Below, in pieces: positions 63,887 to 64,000 of a DNA stretch of 64,000 nt. Positions within the stretch are counted from its first letter, which is position 1. Each line of letters starts with the position of its first letter. The stretch is from positions 122,051 to 186,050 of the IMG/VR virus record IMGVR_UViG_3300014205_005221; one strand, given 5' to 3'. The position numbers and the translations under genes are program-made. This DNA comes from a virus. Its lineage: Duplodnaviria > Caudoviricetes. A model generated the notes under the pieces. The model saw nothing but the letters and a program-made list of their open reading frames with translations. It was not told the origin of the DNA and did no database searches.

Positions 63887-64000
63887 AGGGGACATCACCA
63901 GGACAGCGTGTACAAACCCGGGGCCTCGCGGTCGATGCAGGCATCCCGAGCCGACGGCGGAACGGGAACACGAGCATCCTTGGCGAGCGCCATCACGTCG

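Noticed and set aside
1-64000. Prophage boundary, integrase or host genes
   Set aside because: No integrase, att site or host housekeeping context seen; dnaX, dcd and tRNAs fit a large phage

Overview
A 64-kb segment of a large, high-GC actinobacteriophage genome with essentially all genes on the minus strand. The host is probably a filamentous actinomycete (DUF397 genes, class F sortase, tRNA-Leu(UAA)). Reading in transcription order (right to left): (1) an array of at least 8 single-gene cassettes, each with its own sigma70-type promoter firing a leaderless mRNA that starts with the identical 12-mer ATGACGAACACC (MTNT), about 60.9-63.9 kb; (2) small hypothetical genes; (3) a cluster of 28 tRNA genes (48.0-53.1 kb) whose spacers hold many self-contained folded elements, several ending in NCCA; (4) HNH, FkbM methyltransferase, metallophosphoesterase, ParB-like, HD hydrolase, SbcC-like, dCTP deaminase and DnaX-like genes; (5) endolysin, fibre/collagen genes, membrane genes and a lipoprotein class F sortase with an adjacent PxTG substrate; (6) terminase, portal, a 3121-aa MuF polyvalent protein (MuF + Nudix + HipA/PI-kinase-like + ART-like), protease/scaffold, decoration and major capsid proteins; (7) EndoVII-like nuclease and small genes including a DEDDh exonuclease and a nucleotidyltransferase. 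Three promoter classes are readable: TTGAC/TTGC-N17-TANNNT (early), GGGTA(G/T)-N9-start (middle) and CGAAGAC-N6/7-start (late). No integrase, tail tube/tape measure, CRISPR or rRNA is visible in this window. All calls come from manual motif reading, without database searches.
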